From Clostridiales bacterium (GTDB lineage: Bacteria > Bacillota > Clostridia > Oscillospirales > Acutalibacteraceae): a DNA stretch of 64,000 bases. Below are positions 28,198 to 38,846 of this stretch, in pieces. Below the pieces are notes generated by a model. That model worked only from the letters and a program-made list of their open reading frames with translations. It was not told the DNA's origin and searched no databases. The stretch is from assembly GCA_012840445.1 (NCBI GenBank), contig DULI01000006.1:63240-127239 (forward strand). The letters are read 5' to 3'. The position numbers and the translations under genes are program-made. Each line of letters opens with the position of its first letter. Within the stretch, counting starts at the first letter, position 1.

Positions 28198-29379
28198 ATG
28201 AAGATAAATCTTGCAGTGTTTTTCGGCGGACGTTCGGTCGAACACGAAATCTCGGTCATATCTGCAGTGCAGGCAATGCACGCTGCGAACCACGAAAAAT
28301 ACAATGTAATTCCCATATACATTACCAAAGCCGGCGAAATGTATACAGGTGAAGTTTTATTTGATATTAATAACTATAAAGACTTAAACGCCCTGCTTGA
28401 AAACTGCCAGGCAGCGCAGATTGCAAAGCAGGAAAACGAAGTTGTATTAATAACCCGCGGCAAAGGCCTGTTTAAGTCTTCCAAAACCACCCCAATCCAT
28501 ATGGCCTTTCCCGTGGTGCACGGCACAAACTGTGAGGACGGAAGCATTCAGGGCTTTTTCGAACTCATAGGGCTTCCCTATATCGGCTGCGATGTGACGT
28601 CCTCGGCAATCGGCATGGATAAATCGGTATTTAAAAGCGTAATGCAATCATACAATCTTCCCGTACTGCCGGGCTTTACATTCGATTCCCGCTCCTTCGT
28701 GCTGCAAAAAGACGAGATAATTGGCAAAATTGCTGAGCAATTCAGCTTTCCGGTAATAGTAAAACCGGCAAACTTAGGCTCGAGTGTGGGAATATCCAAA
28801 GCAAACGACCCACAGCAGCTTGAGGAGGCTATTACTTTGGCGGCAAACTTTGCAGAAAAAATACTTGTGGAGCCGGCAATCACAAATTTAAGGGAAATCA
28901 ACTGCTCCGTACTTGGCGACAACGAAGAATATGAGGCTTCGGTATGCGAAGAGCCCATTATGAAGGACGAAATTCTCTCATATAAAGATAAATATTTAAG
29001 CGGCAACTCAACCAAGGGCATGGAGTCGCTCTCCCGAAAACTGCCCGCCGACCTTCCTGATGAAAAGTCAGAGGAAATTAAGCAACTTGCAATTAATGTT
29101 TTTAAAGCCATAGGCGGCAGCGGGCTTGCCCGCATTGATTTTCTGCTGGATACCGCCGACAACGACAAGGTCTATGTAAACGAAATCAACACCATCCCCG
29201 GCTCCCTTGCCTTTTACCTTTGGAAAGAGTCGGGATTGCCCTTTGATAAGCTGATAGACAAACTGGTTGACCTCGGCTATAAACGCAGCCGCAGAAAAGC
29301 CAACCTGATGTACTCAATTGAAACCAATATACTTGCCACGTCGAACTTTGGAATAAAAGGAAATAAGCTTAAAGGTTAG
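28198..29379 (+). CDS. ddl: D-alanine--D-alanine ligase
   Basis: LAVFFGGRSVEHEISVISA is present. ATP-grasp motifs FPVIVKPANLGSSVGISKA and ARIDFLL...VYVNEINTIPGSLAFYLW are also present. Confidence 0.9.
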   Translation: MKINLAVFFGGRSVEHEISVISAVQAMHAANHEKYNVIPIYITKAGEMYTGEVLFDINNYKDLNALLENCQAAQIAKQENEVVLITRGKGLFKSSKTTPIHMAFPVVHGTNCEDGSIQGFFELIGLPYIGCDVTSSAIGMDKSVFKSVMQSYNLPVLPGFTFDSRSFVLQKDEIIGKIAEQFSFPVIVKPANLGSSVGISKANDPQQLEEAITLAANFAEKILVEPAITNLREINCSVLGDNEEYEASVCEEPIMKDEILSYKDKYLSGNSTKGMESLSRKLPADLPDEKSEEIKQLAINVFKAIGGSGLARIDFLLDTADNDKVYVNEINTIPGSLAFYLWKESGLPFDKLIDKLVDLGYKRSRRKANLMYSIETNILATSNFGIKGNKLKG

Positions 29380-29384
29380 ATTGC

Positions 29385-30557
29385 ATGAATTGGATAGTAA
29401 AGCTTTTTATAAAAAACTATAAGGACACATCTTCTCCAAAAGTGCGGGGTGCCTATATTAAACTTGGCACCGCCGTTGGCATTATTTGCAACCTGCTGCT
29501 TTTCGCCATAAAACTTGCAGCAGGTATAATTTCAGGCAGCGTTTCAATAATAGCCGACGCTTTTAACAACCTGTCAGATACAGGCTCTTCCCTTATCACC
29601 ATAATCGGGTACAAAATATCTATAAAACCCGCCGACCGAGAGCACCCGTACGGACACGGGCGCATCGAATACATGTCGGGGTTTATCGTGGCAGTACTTA
29701 TAACCCTTGTGGGTGCGGAACTTCTCAAAAGCTCCGTCAAGAAAATTTTTAAGCCCGAGGATATCATTTTAGGGCCTTTGAGCATTGCAATGCTCGTAAT
29801 CTCCATACTTGTCAAGCTTTGGATGGCCTACTTTAACCGCAAACTGGGTAAAACCATCAGCTCCGGCGGCCTTATAGCCACATCGCGCGACAGCCTTAAC
29901 GACAGCATTTCGACCCTGGGCGTGCTTTTAGCCCTTTTAATCACAAGGTTTACAGGTGTTAACATCGACCCCTATGCGGGAATTGTAATAGCCGGGTTCA
30001 TCCTGTTTTCGGGCATAGATACTGCGAAAAAAACAATGCAGCCCCTTCTTGGCGAGCCTGCCGACCCGGAACTGGTCAAAAAAATCATTGATACGGTATT
30101 GTCTTACGAGGATTTCGCCGGTGTCCACGACATTGTGGTCCACAACTACGGACCTGGGCGGATTTTTGCCTCGCTTCATGTGGAAGTACCGAACAACATC
30201 GACCTTGTCCACTGCCACGAGCAGATAGACCTTTGCGAGCGGCAGGTATCCCAGGAGCTTGGCATAGAGCTGGTCATACACATGGATCCGACAGTCACCG
30301 ACGACCAGAAGGTCAACAAGACAAGGGAACTTATTACCGAAAAAATCAAACAAATCGACGAAAGGCTTACAATCCACGACTTTCGCATGGTAGAGGGCGA
30401 AACGCTCACAAACCTGATTTTCGACGTGGTAGTCCCCGTAAGCCTGAAAACCAAAAATTCCGAGCTAATAGAAAAGATCGACCAATCGGTAAAGGAAATC
30501 GACCCCAAATACCATTGCGTCGTAACGGTAGACACTGATTTTTCAAACCATAATTGA
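29385..30557 (+). CDS. cation diffusion facilitator family transporter
   Basis: SVSIIADAFNNLSDT, PADREHPYGHGRIE and a C-terminal cytoplasmic domain. Confidence 0.9.
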   Translation: MNWIVKLFIKNYKDTSSPKVRGAYIKLGTAVGIICNLLLFAIKLAAGIISGSVSIIADAFNNLSDTGSSLITIIGYKISIKPADREHPYGHGRIEYMSGFIVAVLITLVGAELLKSSVKKIFKPEDIILGPLSIAMLVISILVKLWMAYFNRKLGKTISSGGLIATSRDSLNDSISTLGVLLALLITRFTGVNIDPYAGIVIAGFILFSGIDTAKKTMQPLLGEPADPELVKKIIDTVLSYEDFAGVHDIVVHNYGPGRIFASLHVEVPNNIDLVHCHEQIDLCERQVSQELGIELVIHMDPTVTDDQKVNKTRELITEKIKQIDERLTIHDFRMVEGETLTNLIFDVVVPVSLKTKNSELIEKIDQSVKEIDPKYHCVVTVDTDFSNHN

Positions 30558-30738
30558 CAATTAAATTTTTGCAATTTTATAAATATGCAATATAAATTTT
30601 GGGGCCTATTTTGAAACAGGCCCTTTAATATTGCTCATTTAGTTGGTTTATTACCAGGTATAATAAAGCATTTATTCCAATACTTGGATTCTTATGCAAT
30701 TTATGGCATAATGGAGAAACCATTTTAAATTGAAAGGA

Positions 30739-32802
30739 ATGATTATTACGAAAAAACTGTTTGCAACCCTTTTGGCGGTATTAGTCTGCTTTACCGTCCT
30801 GTATTTACCTGTTTCGGCAGAAGATTTAAATTATTTTGAGGTAAAAATACCATCCGGGTTCGAAATTATTTCCCCGTTTTCAAACGACAGCTGCTTCGTA
30901 AACCGAGGATACGAATACGGGCTTCTTTCCACGGACGGCGACTATGTCTTCCTTGCCAATATCTACAACTATGCCCCAATGTTTGATTTTACCAACATGA
31001 CCGAATCCGCCTATGTAGTACTCTATCCTGAAGATTATTTGGCGGATTTGGATGACTGGAATCCTTTTGGGGAACCCATTGATATTATATACCTCTTTAA
31101 AAACGGCGAAAAATACCGGGAGCTTACGCCTACCCCCGACGGCAATTACATTGTCAGAGGCACCAACGGATACGGGATTTTGGACAGTAACGGAGAAGTA
31201 ATAGTCGAATGCAAATATTTATGCATAAAATCCGATTTTAGCGACGGCTTGCTGCCGGTTGCCATAGATTACAACGCGGCAGAAGGTACACACAGCTGGA
31301 AGTATATTAAAACGAACGGGTCCGATCTGAATGACACGGTATATCTGACTGCAACGGCCTTCCATGGCGGATACGCCAATGTGACCTTTGAAGACGACGG
31401 CAAAATAATGCACGACATTATAAACACCGACGGCGATGTTGTATACAGCGCGGAAAATAAGTACGACGAAATCACCCAGTTTTACGGCAACTGCGCATTC
31501 GGAATTACATATTCCCAAGATGAAGAAGACGACTATGCCAGCAAAATCGAAGTGTTCGATTGCACCGGCGATGTAAAAGAGACTATTTACACTAACTCTT
31601 ACGATGCGCCGGGACCCATTCCCGTAATAGATGATTCGCTGCAGTTCTTGATGTCGGATATAGTAGATTATAATTACAATCTTGTGCTTATCCCCATGTC
31701 CGAAAACTCAATAATATTTGACATTCTGTTATCAGAATGCATGCTGTATAATACTAAGAATTTTGAACTTTATGAAGAGGTGTATTCAGAAGTAACTCCG
31801 CAATATAACGGCTGCATAATTATCGCCGATTCGGAAGGCAAGTACGGTTATCTGGACGAAGACGGCAATCAAGTCATCGAATGTCAATATGCCTATGCCA
31901 ATTACTTCTCCGAAGGCTTGGCAGCGGTATCAACCGACGGCGAAACCTTCTCATATATCACCGAGCAAGGCGAACCGGCAAACATCGGCACCTATTCATA
32001 TGCCGGCCGTTTCTGCGGCGGCGTAGCACCCGTTGCAGATGAAAACTTAATTTTTGGTCTTATAGATACCAACGGCAACACCGTACTGGACTTTGAATAT
32101 ACCATGATATCCGATTTTGTCAACGGGATCGCAATGGTTGTTGATGGCGAAGGAAAAACCGGTTTAATTAATACCGACGGTGATTTTATAGCACCCTGTG
32201 AATACGATTTTGCATCACCCATTGGCTTTGGCGATAATTGCATTGTGATTAAAGAAACCGAAGATAAAATGCTTATTTATTCTCTGGACCAGTCGGGCAA
32301 CAAGCCAATTGTTGCCGATTATGACATTATCCTCTCTGTCGGCGAGGGCATGGTGCTTTGCGGCAATTCGGAAGACGAGGTGCCAAAACTTTACCGCGTA
32401 TCGATAAGCGAGTCAACACAAAAAATCCTCGATTTTAAATCTTCCCTTTACGAACTGCCGGAAGAGCTCACAGATGAAGATACCGAACAGATAAACAGCA
32501 TAATGGGAGAGTATAACCGACTCAACTTCGCCGAGCAGCAGGTATTCTACCGTTACCCCGATTTCTGGAAGGTCCAAAAATATCTTGCCAAAAGAGAACT
32601 CGGCAATGATTACCTTGTAGGCGATGTGGATGGCGACGGCAAAGTTTCAGTTACGGATATCATATCAGTCAGGGGAATCATTCTCGAAACCTACCGCTTC
32701 ACTCCTAAACAATACGTGTTAGCTGACGTTAACAACGACGGTAGAATTACAGTCACCGACATCGTCGCCTTGAGAAACATAATTATGAATCCGAACAGCT
32801 AA
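30739..32802 (+). CDS. secreted WG/KWG-repeat protein with a C-terminal type-I dockerin
   Basis: Signal peptide MIITKKLFATLLAVLVCFTVLYLPVSA. Repeats of the type YGILDSNGEVIVECKY, KYGYLDEDGNQVIECQYAYANYFSEGLAAV and FGLIDTNGNTVLDFEY. The dockerin has duplicated Ca-binding segments DVDGDGKVSVTDI and DVNNDGRITVTDI. Confidence 0.8.
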   Translation: MIITKKLFATLLAVLVCFTVLYLPVSAEDLNYFEVKIPSGFEIISPFSNDSCFVNRGYEYGLLSTDGDYVFLANIYNYAPMFDFTNMTESAYVVLYPEDYLADLDDWNPFGEPIDIIYLFKNGEKYRELTPTPDGNYIVRGTNGYGILDSNGEVIVECKYLCIKSDFSDGLLPVAIDYNAAEGTHSWKYIKTNGSDLNDTVYLTATAFHGGYANVTFEDDGKIMHDIINTDGDVVYSAENKYDEITQFYGNCAFGITYSQDEEDDYASKIEVFDCTGDVKETIYTNSYDAPGPIPVIDDSLQFLMSDIVDYNYNLVLIPMSENSIIFDILLSECMLYNTKNFELYEEVYSEVTPQYNGCIIIADSEGKYGYLDEDGNQVIECQYAYANYFSEGLAAVSTDGETFSYITEQGEPANIGTYSYAGRFCGGVAPVADENLIFGLIDTNGNTVLDFEYTMISDFVNGIAMVVDGEGKTGLINTDGDFIAPCEYDFASPIGFGDNCIVIKETEDKMLIYSLDQSGNKPIVADYDIILSVGEGMVLCGNSEDEVPKLYRVSISESTQKILDFKSSLYELPEELTDEDTEQINSIMGEYNRLNFAEQQVFYRYPDFWKVQKYLAKRELGNDYLVGDVDGDGKVSVTDIISVRGIILETYRFTPKQYVLADVNNDGRITVTDIVALRNIIMNPNS

Positions 32803-32863
32803 AAACTCTTGTTCATAATTCCCCTCAAATCCTTTTCCCTATACCGTATTTCAAAACACTGCA

Positions 32864-32900
32864 AAGTAATGCGCCGCCAAAATGGCGGCGCATTACTTTT
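32864..32900 (+). terminator. intrinsic terminator
   Basis: AAGTAATGCGCCGCC-AAAA-TGGCGGCGCATTACTTTT. Confidence 0.7.
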
Positions 32901-33010
32901 ATACACTAAGCTTACGCTGACGATTAAGTTGCATAGTTAGTTTTTTATATGCGCAGAGCCCATATACCACACAAAACCGTAAGGAAAAAGGTACGTCATC
33001 GGGTATTGCC

Positions 33011-34237
33011 CTATTTTGACAACTTCACTGCCGCGCTGAAACCCGCAAGATACCCGCTCGACCAGGCCCATTGAAGATTGTACCCCCCACAGTCCCCGTC
33101 TATATTAAGCACCTCGCCCGCGGCAAACAGCCCCTTAACAATTTTGGATTCAAGCGTCTTAAGAAGGAATTCATCACACAAAACGCCGCCGGCGGTCACC
33201 TGCGCGTTGGCAAACCCGGTGGTACCCACAGCCGTAAAGGGGAAGGACTTAATTAACCCTGCCATAGTCTTGATATTACTGCTGGTCAATACCGCGTATT
33301 CATCATTCAGTGCCAGCCCGCAGGACTTGACAATCTCCTGTCCCAGCCGCTTATTTATCATTCCGGTAAAGAATTCGGACAATTGCCTGCGCGGGTGCTG
33401 TTTTGCCCTGTATTCGCAAGTATCAACAATCTCGCTAAACTCCATATCAGGCATAAAATCCAAGAAAAACTCAACGCTTCCGGGCGGGTTGACAGACACA
33501 AGCCTTGAAAGCTGCAGTATCGGCGGACCCGAAAGTCCATACTCGGTAAACAGCACCTCGCCAAAGTCGGTGCCAGCTATCTTATTATTTACCTTTGCGG
33601 TAACCCTGCTTTCAACCTTAATTCCCTTTAACGATTTTACAATCCTCTCCTTTGTCTTTACCTGTACAATTGCAGGGTACAAAGAAGTCACACTGTGCCC
33701 AAGCTTTTGCAGCATCCTATGGCCGCTTCCGTCCGAACCAAGCCTTGGGTAGGAGCAGCCGCCGGTTGCCACAATCACACAGCGGGAAGAAAACTGCCCA
33801 CCGGCTTTTGCTTTAAAAATACCGCCCGTCTTTACTATTTCCTCCACATGGCAGCCGCAGATAATCTCACAGCCAAGGTCCTGCGCCTCAAACCTTAAGG
33901 CGTCCAGCACCGAGGAGGCCTGCAGCGAATAGGGGTAAGCCTTCTGCCCTTCAAATTTAATTATCACGCCAAGGGATTTGAAAAAATCAATGGTTTCCTT
34001 CAGCCCGAACCAGCTTAGTGCGTATTCGGCAAAGGCCCTGTCCCCGTGGTAATGTTCAATATTTAAATCTTGATTAGTTATATTGCATCTGCCGTTGCCC
34101 GTGATAAGAAGCTTTTTCCCTACCCGTTCGTTGCGCTCGAGTATGCACACACTAAGGCCGGGATTGCAGCGTTTTGCGGCTATTGCCGATGTCAGCCCTG
34201 CGGCTCCCCCGCCAATAATTAAAATATCGTAAACCAT
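33011..34237 (-). CDS. NAD(P)/FAD-dependent oxidoreductase (HI0933/BaiN-like flavoprotein)
   Basis: DILIIGGGAAGL, GNGRCNITN and a C-terminal AAGEVLNIDGDCGGYNLQWAWSSG. Confidence 0.85.
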   Translation of the reverse strand: MVYDILIIGGGAAGLTSAIAAKRCNPGLSVCILERNERVGKKLLITGNGRCNITNQDLNIEHYHGDRAFAEYALSWFGLKETIDFFKSLGVIIKFEGQKAYPYSLQASSVLDALRFEAQDLGCEIICGCHVEEIVKTGGIFKAKAGGQFSSRCVIVATGGCSYPRLGSDGSGHRMLQKLGHSVTSLYPAIVQVKTKERIVKSLKGIKVESRVTAKVNNKIAGTDFGEVLFTEYGLSGPPILQLSRLVSVNPPGSVEFFLDFMPDMEFSEIVDTCEYRAKQHPRRQLSEFFTGMINKRLGQEIVKSCGLALNDEYAVLTSSNIKTMAGLIKSFPFTAVGTTGFANAQVTAGGVLCDEFLLKTLESKIVKGLFAAGEVLNIDGDCGGYNLQWAWSSGYLAGFSAAVKLSK

Positions 34238-34301
34238 AGGCCTTCCCCAATGGAAAATATATAAACATTATACCAGACAGTCTGTTGCTGGACAATAAAA
34301 A

Positions 34302-34324
34302 AGCCATCCGCGCAAAGCGGATGG
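34302..34324 (-). terminator. intrinsic terminator of gap
   Basis: On the minus strand: GCCATCCGC-TTTGC-GCGGATGGC followed by TTTTTTATT. Confidence 0.7.
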
Positions 34325-34336
34325 CCAATTTATTAA

Positions 34337-35440
<1,104 letters not shown>

Positions 35441-35488
35441 TTAGAACCGCTTTTCAGCATTTAATACAAAAAACTTTTAACATAACCC

Positions 35489-36220
35489 ATGGCGGGTAAT
35501 AATAAATACAACAAATCAAACAGAGGTGAGCTTTTGCTCCGTTTAAATCCTGACAAAGTAAGCCTTAACAAGGCAGAAGTGCCATTGGCATATTTAAGGG
35601 AACAGGTAAACAGGAAATTGTTTGAAACAGGCATATACAGCAAAAAGGACTGTTTGAACCTTAGGAATCTTGCAAACGCCGCCCTTTGCCTTCGTACCGA
35701 AAGCTGCCTTCAGGCCACCGATTTGTACGAGCTGAACGACGGTATTTTAGGCGCGGCGGTAATAATCGCGGCGACCGGCGGGTATAACCTTTCGACAAAC
35801 ATAAAAGGAAAGCACACAAGCCCAATTGATATCAACGCATACACCGGAATGCTGCTCAATCTCATCAGCAACGCCTGCAAATACTCCGCAAACCGCTGCG
35901 CAAAAGTAAATGTGTTTATAAACCATGACCACATGACGGTAATCGTAACCAATAAATTAAAGGGGAAATTCACATTAAACCCCAATTCCTTAGGCATATG
36001 CGCCGCCGCGCAGGGCGCGCGGCTGTGCAACGGAAGGCTTAGCAAATTCTTATGCGGCGAATATGTCGCCTTCACAGCCTGTCTGCCGGTAGACACACGC
36101 AAAGCCAAAATATATGTTCCCGCAAAAAAATCATGGGAATACCTTGCCGACCGCTTTTCCCCGCTGTATATCGGTCTGTCTGACATCTCCTCCATTCCCG
36201 ACTCTTTAATCTTTAATTAA
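35489..36220 (+). CDS. hypothetical protein with a degenerate GHKL/HATPase_c-like domain
   Basis: N-box-like MLLNLISNACKYS and a C-terminal GEYVAFTACLPV. The G1 box is degenerate (TNKLKG), no DHp/His box is seen, and there is no obvious RBS at the ATG at 35489. Confidence 0.4.
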   Translation: MAGNNKYNKSNRGELLLRLNPDKVSLNKAEVPLAYLREQVNRKLFETGIYSKKDCLNLRNLANAALCLRTESCLQATDLYELNDGILGAAVIIAATGGYNLSTNIKGKHTSPIDINAYTGMLLNLISNACKYSANRCAKVNVFINHDHMTVIVTNKLKGKFTLNPNSLGICAAAQGARLCNGRLSKFLCGEYVAFTACLPVDTRKAKIYVPAKKSWEYLADRFSPLYIGLSDISSIPDSLIFN

Positions 36221-36435
36221 ATAAAGCCTGCCGGGAATCGGCAGGCTAAAAAATTACCTAAAAGCTAATACCACCTTTTTACTTGTTTCATTCCATGCGC
36301 CGTCCAACACACGGGAAACAAATCAAGCGGCCAAAAAGGACGGCTGAAATTCCTGCTGGGTTTCGGTCTTCATTGGAATCAGCCCCTTTCCTTTATCTGC
36401 AATTACAGTATAACTGATTATGCCAAAAATGTCAA
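36215..36435 (-). other. orphan transcription unit: consensus sigma-A promoter, 16-codon sORF, intrinsic terminator (small protein or sRNA)
   Basis: On the minus strand: TTGACA (36435-36430), 17-nt spacer, TATACT (36412-36407). AAAGGAAAGGGG RBS precedes the sORF at 36373-36323, which encodes MKTETQQEFQPSFLAA. Hairpin 36246-36226 is followed by TTTATTTAATT. Confidence 0.35.
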
Positions 36436-36532
36436 TGGGTTTACATAAGTTTTTTTATATAAAAAGATTTGCCTTTATATGTTAATATGTTTATAATAAA
36501 AATGCAAAAATAACCGCCAGCGGAGGGTACAT

Positions 36533-36718
36533 ATGGACATTCGTGTAGGTGACACGCTTTTTATGAAAAAACAGCATCCCTGCGGTTCGAAAACATTCAC
36601 GGTGCTCCGCGTCGGTATGGACTTTAAGCTTAAATGCGACGGCTGCGGCCACGAAGTCCTAATCCCGCGGAAAAAATGCGAAAAAAATATCAAATCGGTG
36701 TTAAACCGTAAAATCTAA
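36533..36718 (+). CDS. DUF951 family protein
   Basis: 61 aa, [55 protein letters not shown]. Upstream promoter TTGCCT-17-TATAAT. Confidence 0.8.
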   Translation: MDIRVGDTLFMKKQHPCGSKTFTVLRVGMDFKLKCDGCGHEVLIPRKKCEKNIKSVLNRKI

Positions 36719-36744
36719 ATCTTGATTTTGAAAGGACAGAACCC

Positions 36745-37818
36745 ATGTTTGATAAACTCAAATCCTTCGAGGAACGATACCAGGATATTTCCAACCAGCT
36801 AATGGACCCAAATGTTGTAAGCGATCAGGAATTATACAGGAAACTGATGAAAGAGCACAAACAGCTCACCCCCATCGTGGAAAAGTATCAGGAATATACC
36901 AAGGCAAAGGATGCCGAGACCGAGGCGCTAAAACTTTTGGAAGAAGGCGGGCTTGACAGAGATTTTAAAGCCCTGGTTGAAGAAGAACTGAAAGAATCAA
37001 AGCAGAAAATCGAGAAGTTGACCGAAGAGCTGAAAATTCTCATGCTGCCAAAAGACCCCAACGACGAGCGCAATGTTATAGTGGAGATCAGAGCGGGCGC
37101 CGGCGGCGAAGAGGCAGCGCTTTTTGCCTCTGACCTGCTTAGAATGTATACAATGTATGCCGAATCAAAGCGCTGGCACATGCAAATGATAAACATAAAC
37201 GAAACCGAAATCGGCGGCATTAAAGAGGTTGTATTCATGATAGAGGGCGAAGGCGCCTATTCAAGGCTGAAATTTGAAAGCGGCGTTCACCGGGTGCAGC
37301 GGGTTCCCGAGACGGAGGCGTCGGGCCGTATTCACACCTCTACAGTAACGGTGGCCGTGCTTCCCGAGGCCGAGGATGTGGAGGTGGAAATAAACCCGGC
37401 TGATTTACAGATTGACACATTCCGCTCAGGGGGAGCCGGCGGCCAGCACGTAAATAAAACCGAGTCGGCAATCCGTATTACCCACCTTCCCACTGGGCTT
37501 GTGGTTGAGTGCCAGGACGAGCGCAGCCAACACAAAAACCGCGAAAAGGCCATGAAGGTACTGCGTTCTCGCCTTTATGAAATGATGATGCAGGCTCAGC
37601 AGGAGGAAATCGCCAGCAGCCGCCGAGCCCAGGTCGGCACGGGCGACCGCTCCGAGCGAATCCGTACCTACAATTTCCCGCAGGGCCGAGTTACCGACCA
37701 TCGGATTGGGCTTACATTATATAAGCTTGAACAGATATTAAACGGCGATATTGACGAGATAATTGACGCCTTAATTGCCCACAACCAGGCCGAAATGCTA
37801 AAGGAAAGCGAAAAATAA
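36745..37818 (+). CDS. prfA: peptide chain release factor 1
   Basis: PET/PxT region [14 protein letters not shown] and GGQ motif [15 protein letters not shown]. Confidence 0.95.
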   Translation: MFDKLKSFEERYQDISNQLMDPNVVSDQELYRKLMKEHKQLTPIVEKYQEYTKAKDAETEALKLLEEGGLDRDFKALVEEELKESKQKIEKLTEELKILMLPKDPNDERNVIVEIRAGAGGEEAALFASDLLRMYTMYAESKRWHMQMININETEIGGIKEVVFMIEGEGAYSRLKFESGVHRVQRVPETEASGRIHTSTVTVAVLPEAEDVEVEINPADLQIDTFRSGGAGGQHVNKTESAIRITHLPTGLVVECQDERSQHKNREKAMKVLRSRLYEMMMQAQQEEIASSRRAQVGTGDRSERIRTYNFPQGRVTDHRIGLTLYKLEQILNGDIDEIIDALIAHNQAEMLKESEK

Positions 37819-38846
37819 TGGATACAAAGCTTCTTAAAATCACCTCTTCAAAAGATACGGAACAAATAAAAACCGCTGCCGAAATTTTAAAAAGCGGAGG
37901 AATTGTGGCAATTCCAACCGAAACCGTATATGGCCTTGCGGCCAACGCGTATAACACAAAAGCCATTCAAAGGATTTTTGCAGCCAAAGGTCGCCCGCAG
38001 GATAACCCGTTAATAGTACACATAGCCGAAAAGGATACCCTTTACGAGCTTGCGGTGGACATTCCAGAAACGGCTTTTGCGCTGGCTGATAGATTTTGGC
38101 CGGGGCCTTTAACCATAATCCTAAAAAAATCGCAAAAATTGCCGGATAGTGTTACCGCGGGGCTTGGCACGGTAGCAATAAGGCTTCCTTCAAACGAGGT
38201 AGCAAGGGCAATAATAAAGATGTGCGGTTTCCCGCTTGCTGCGCCTTCGGCAAACCTTTCGGGAAGGCCTAGTCCCACCAGCGCCGAGCATGTAATTATG
38301 GATTTATACGGCAAAATCGACGCCATTGTTTTGTCCGACAATTCCGAAGTAGGTGTCGAATCCACCGTGATTACGCTGGCATCTGACCGCCCGCGACTGC
38401 TGCGCCCGGGTGCTGTGACTCCAGAGGATTTAAGGCAGATACTTCCCGACCTTCAAATCGACCCTGCAGTCTTTGCAGAACCCGAGCCGGGCGTTAAGGT
38501 ACAGTCCCCTGGCATGAAATACAAGCACTACAGCCCAAAGGCAAAAATAGTGCTGGTAGAAGGAAATTCACCCGACTTTATTAGATTTGTCAACTCCAAA
38601 AAAGGGCCGGGGGTGTATGCCCTGTGCTTTTCAGACGACGCACAGTTTCTTGAAGTCCCTTATGTAATTTACGGCAAAACCGCCGATGAAAAAGAGCAGG
38701 CAAGCCACCTTTTCTCGGCCCTGCGCGAGCTTGACAGCAAATCCGCCAAAATTGCCTACGCGCACGCTCCAAAGAAGGACGGCATCGGCCTTGCGGTATA
38801 CAACCGGCTGATACGCGCGGCCGCATTCGAGGTTGTAAGACTATGA
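37818..38846 (+). CDS. tsaC: L-threonylcarbamoyladenylate synthase (Sua5/YwlC type, with C-terminal Sua5 domain)
   Basis: GGIVAIPTETVYGLAANA, KGRPQDNPLIVH and SANLSGRPSPT. 342 aa. The start overlaps the prfA stop. Confidence 0.9.
   Translation: MDTKLLKITSSKDTEQIKTAAEILKSGGIVAIPTETVYGLAANAYNTKAIQRIFAAKGRPQDNPLIVHIAEKDTLYELAVDIPETAFALADRFWPGPLTIILKKSQKLPDSVTAGLGTVAIRLPSNEVARAIIKMCGFPLAAPSANLSGRPSPTSAEHVIMDLYGKIDAIVLSDNSEVGVESTVITLASDRPRLLRPGAVTPEDLRQILPDLQIDPAVFAEPEPGVKVQSPGMKYKHYSPKAKIVLVEGNSPDFIRFVNSKKGPGVYALCFSDDAQFLEVPYVIYGKTADEKEQASHLFSALRELDSKSAKIAYAHAPKKDGIGLAVYNRLIRAAAFEVVRL

Noticed and set aside
28578-29168. 196-aa minus-strand ORF
   Set aside because: It is an antisense shadow of ddl.
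26593-29379. van-type glycopeptide-resistance cluster (ligase plus MurF-like)
   Set aside because: There are no vanH, vanX/Y or vanRS genes, and the Ddl looks like a housekeeping enzyme.
33078-33752. 224-aa plus-strand ORF
   Set aside because: It is an antisense shadow of the HI0933-type flavoprotein gene.
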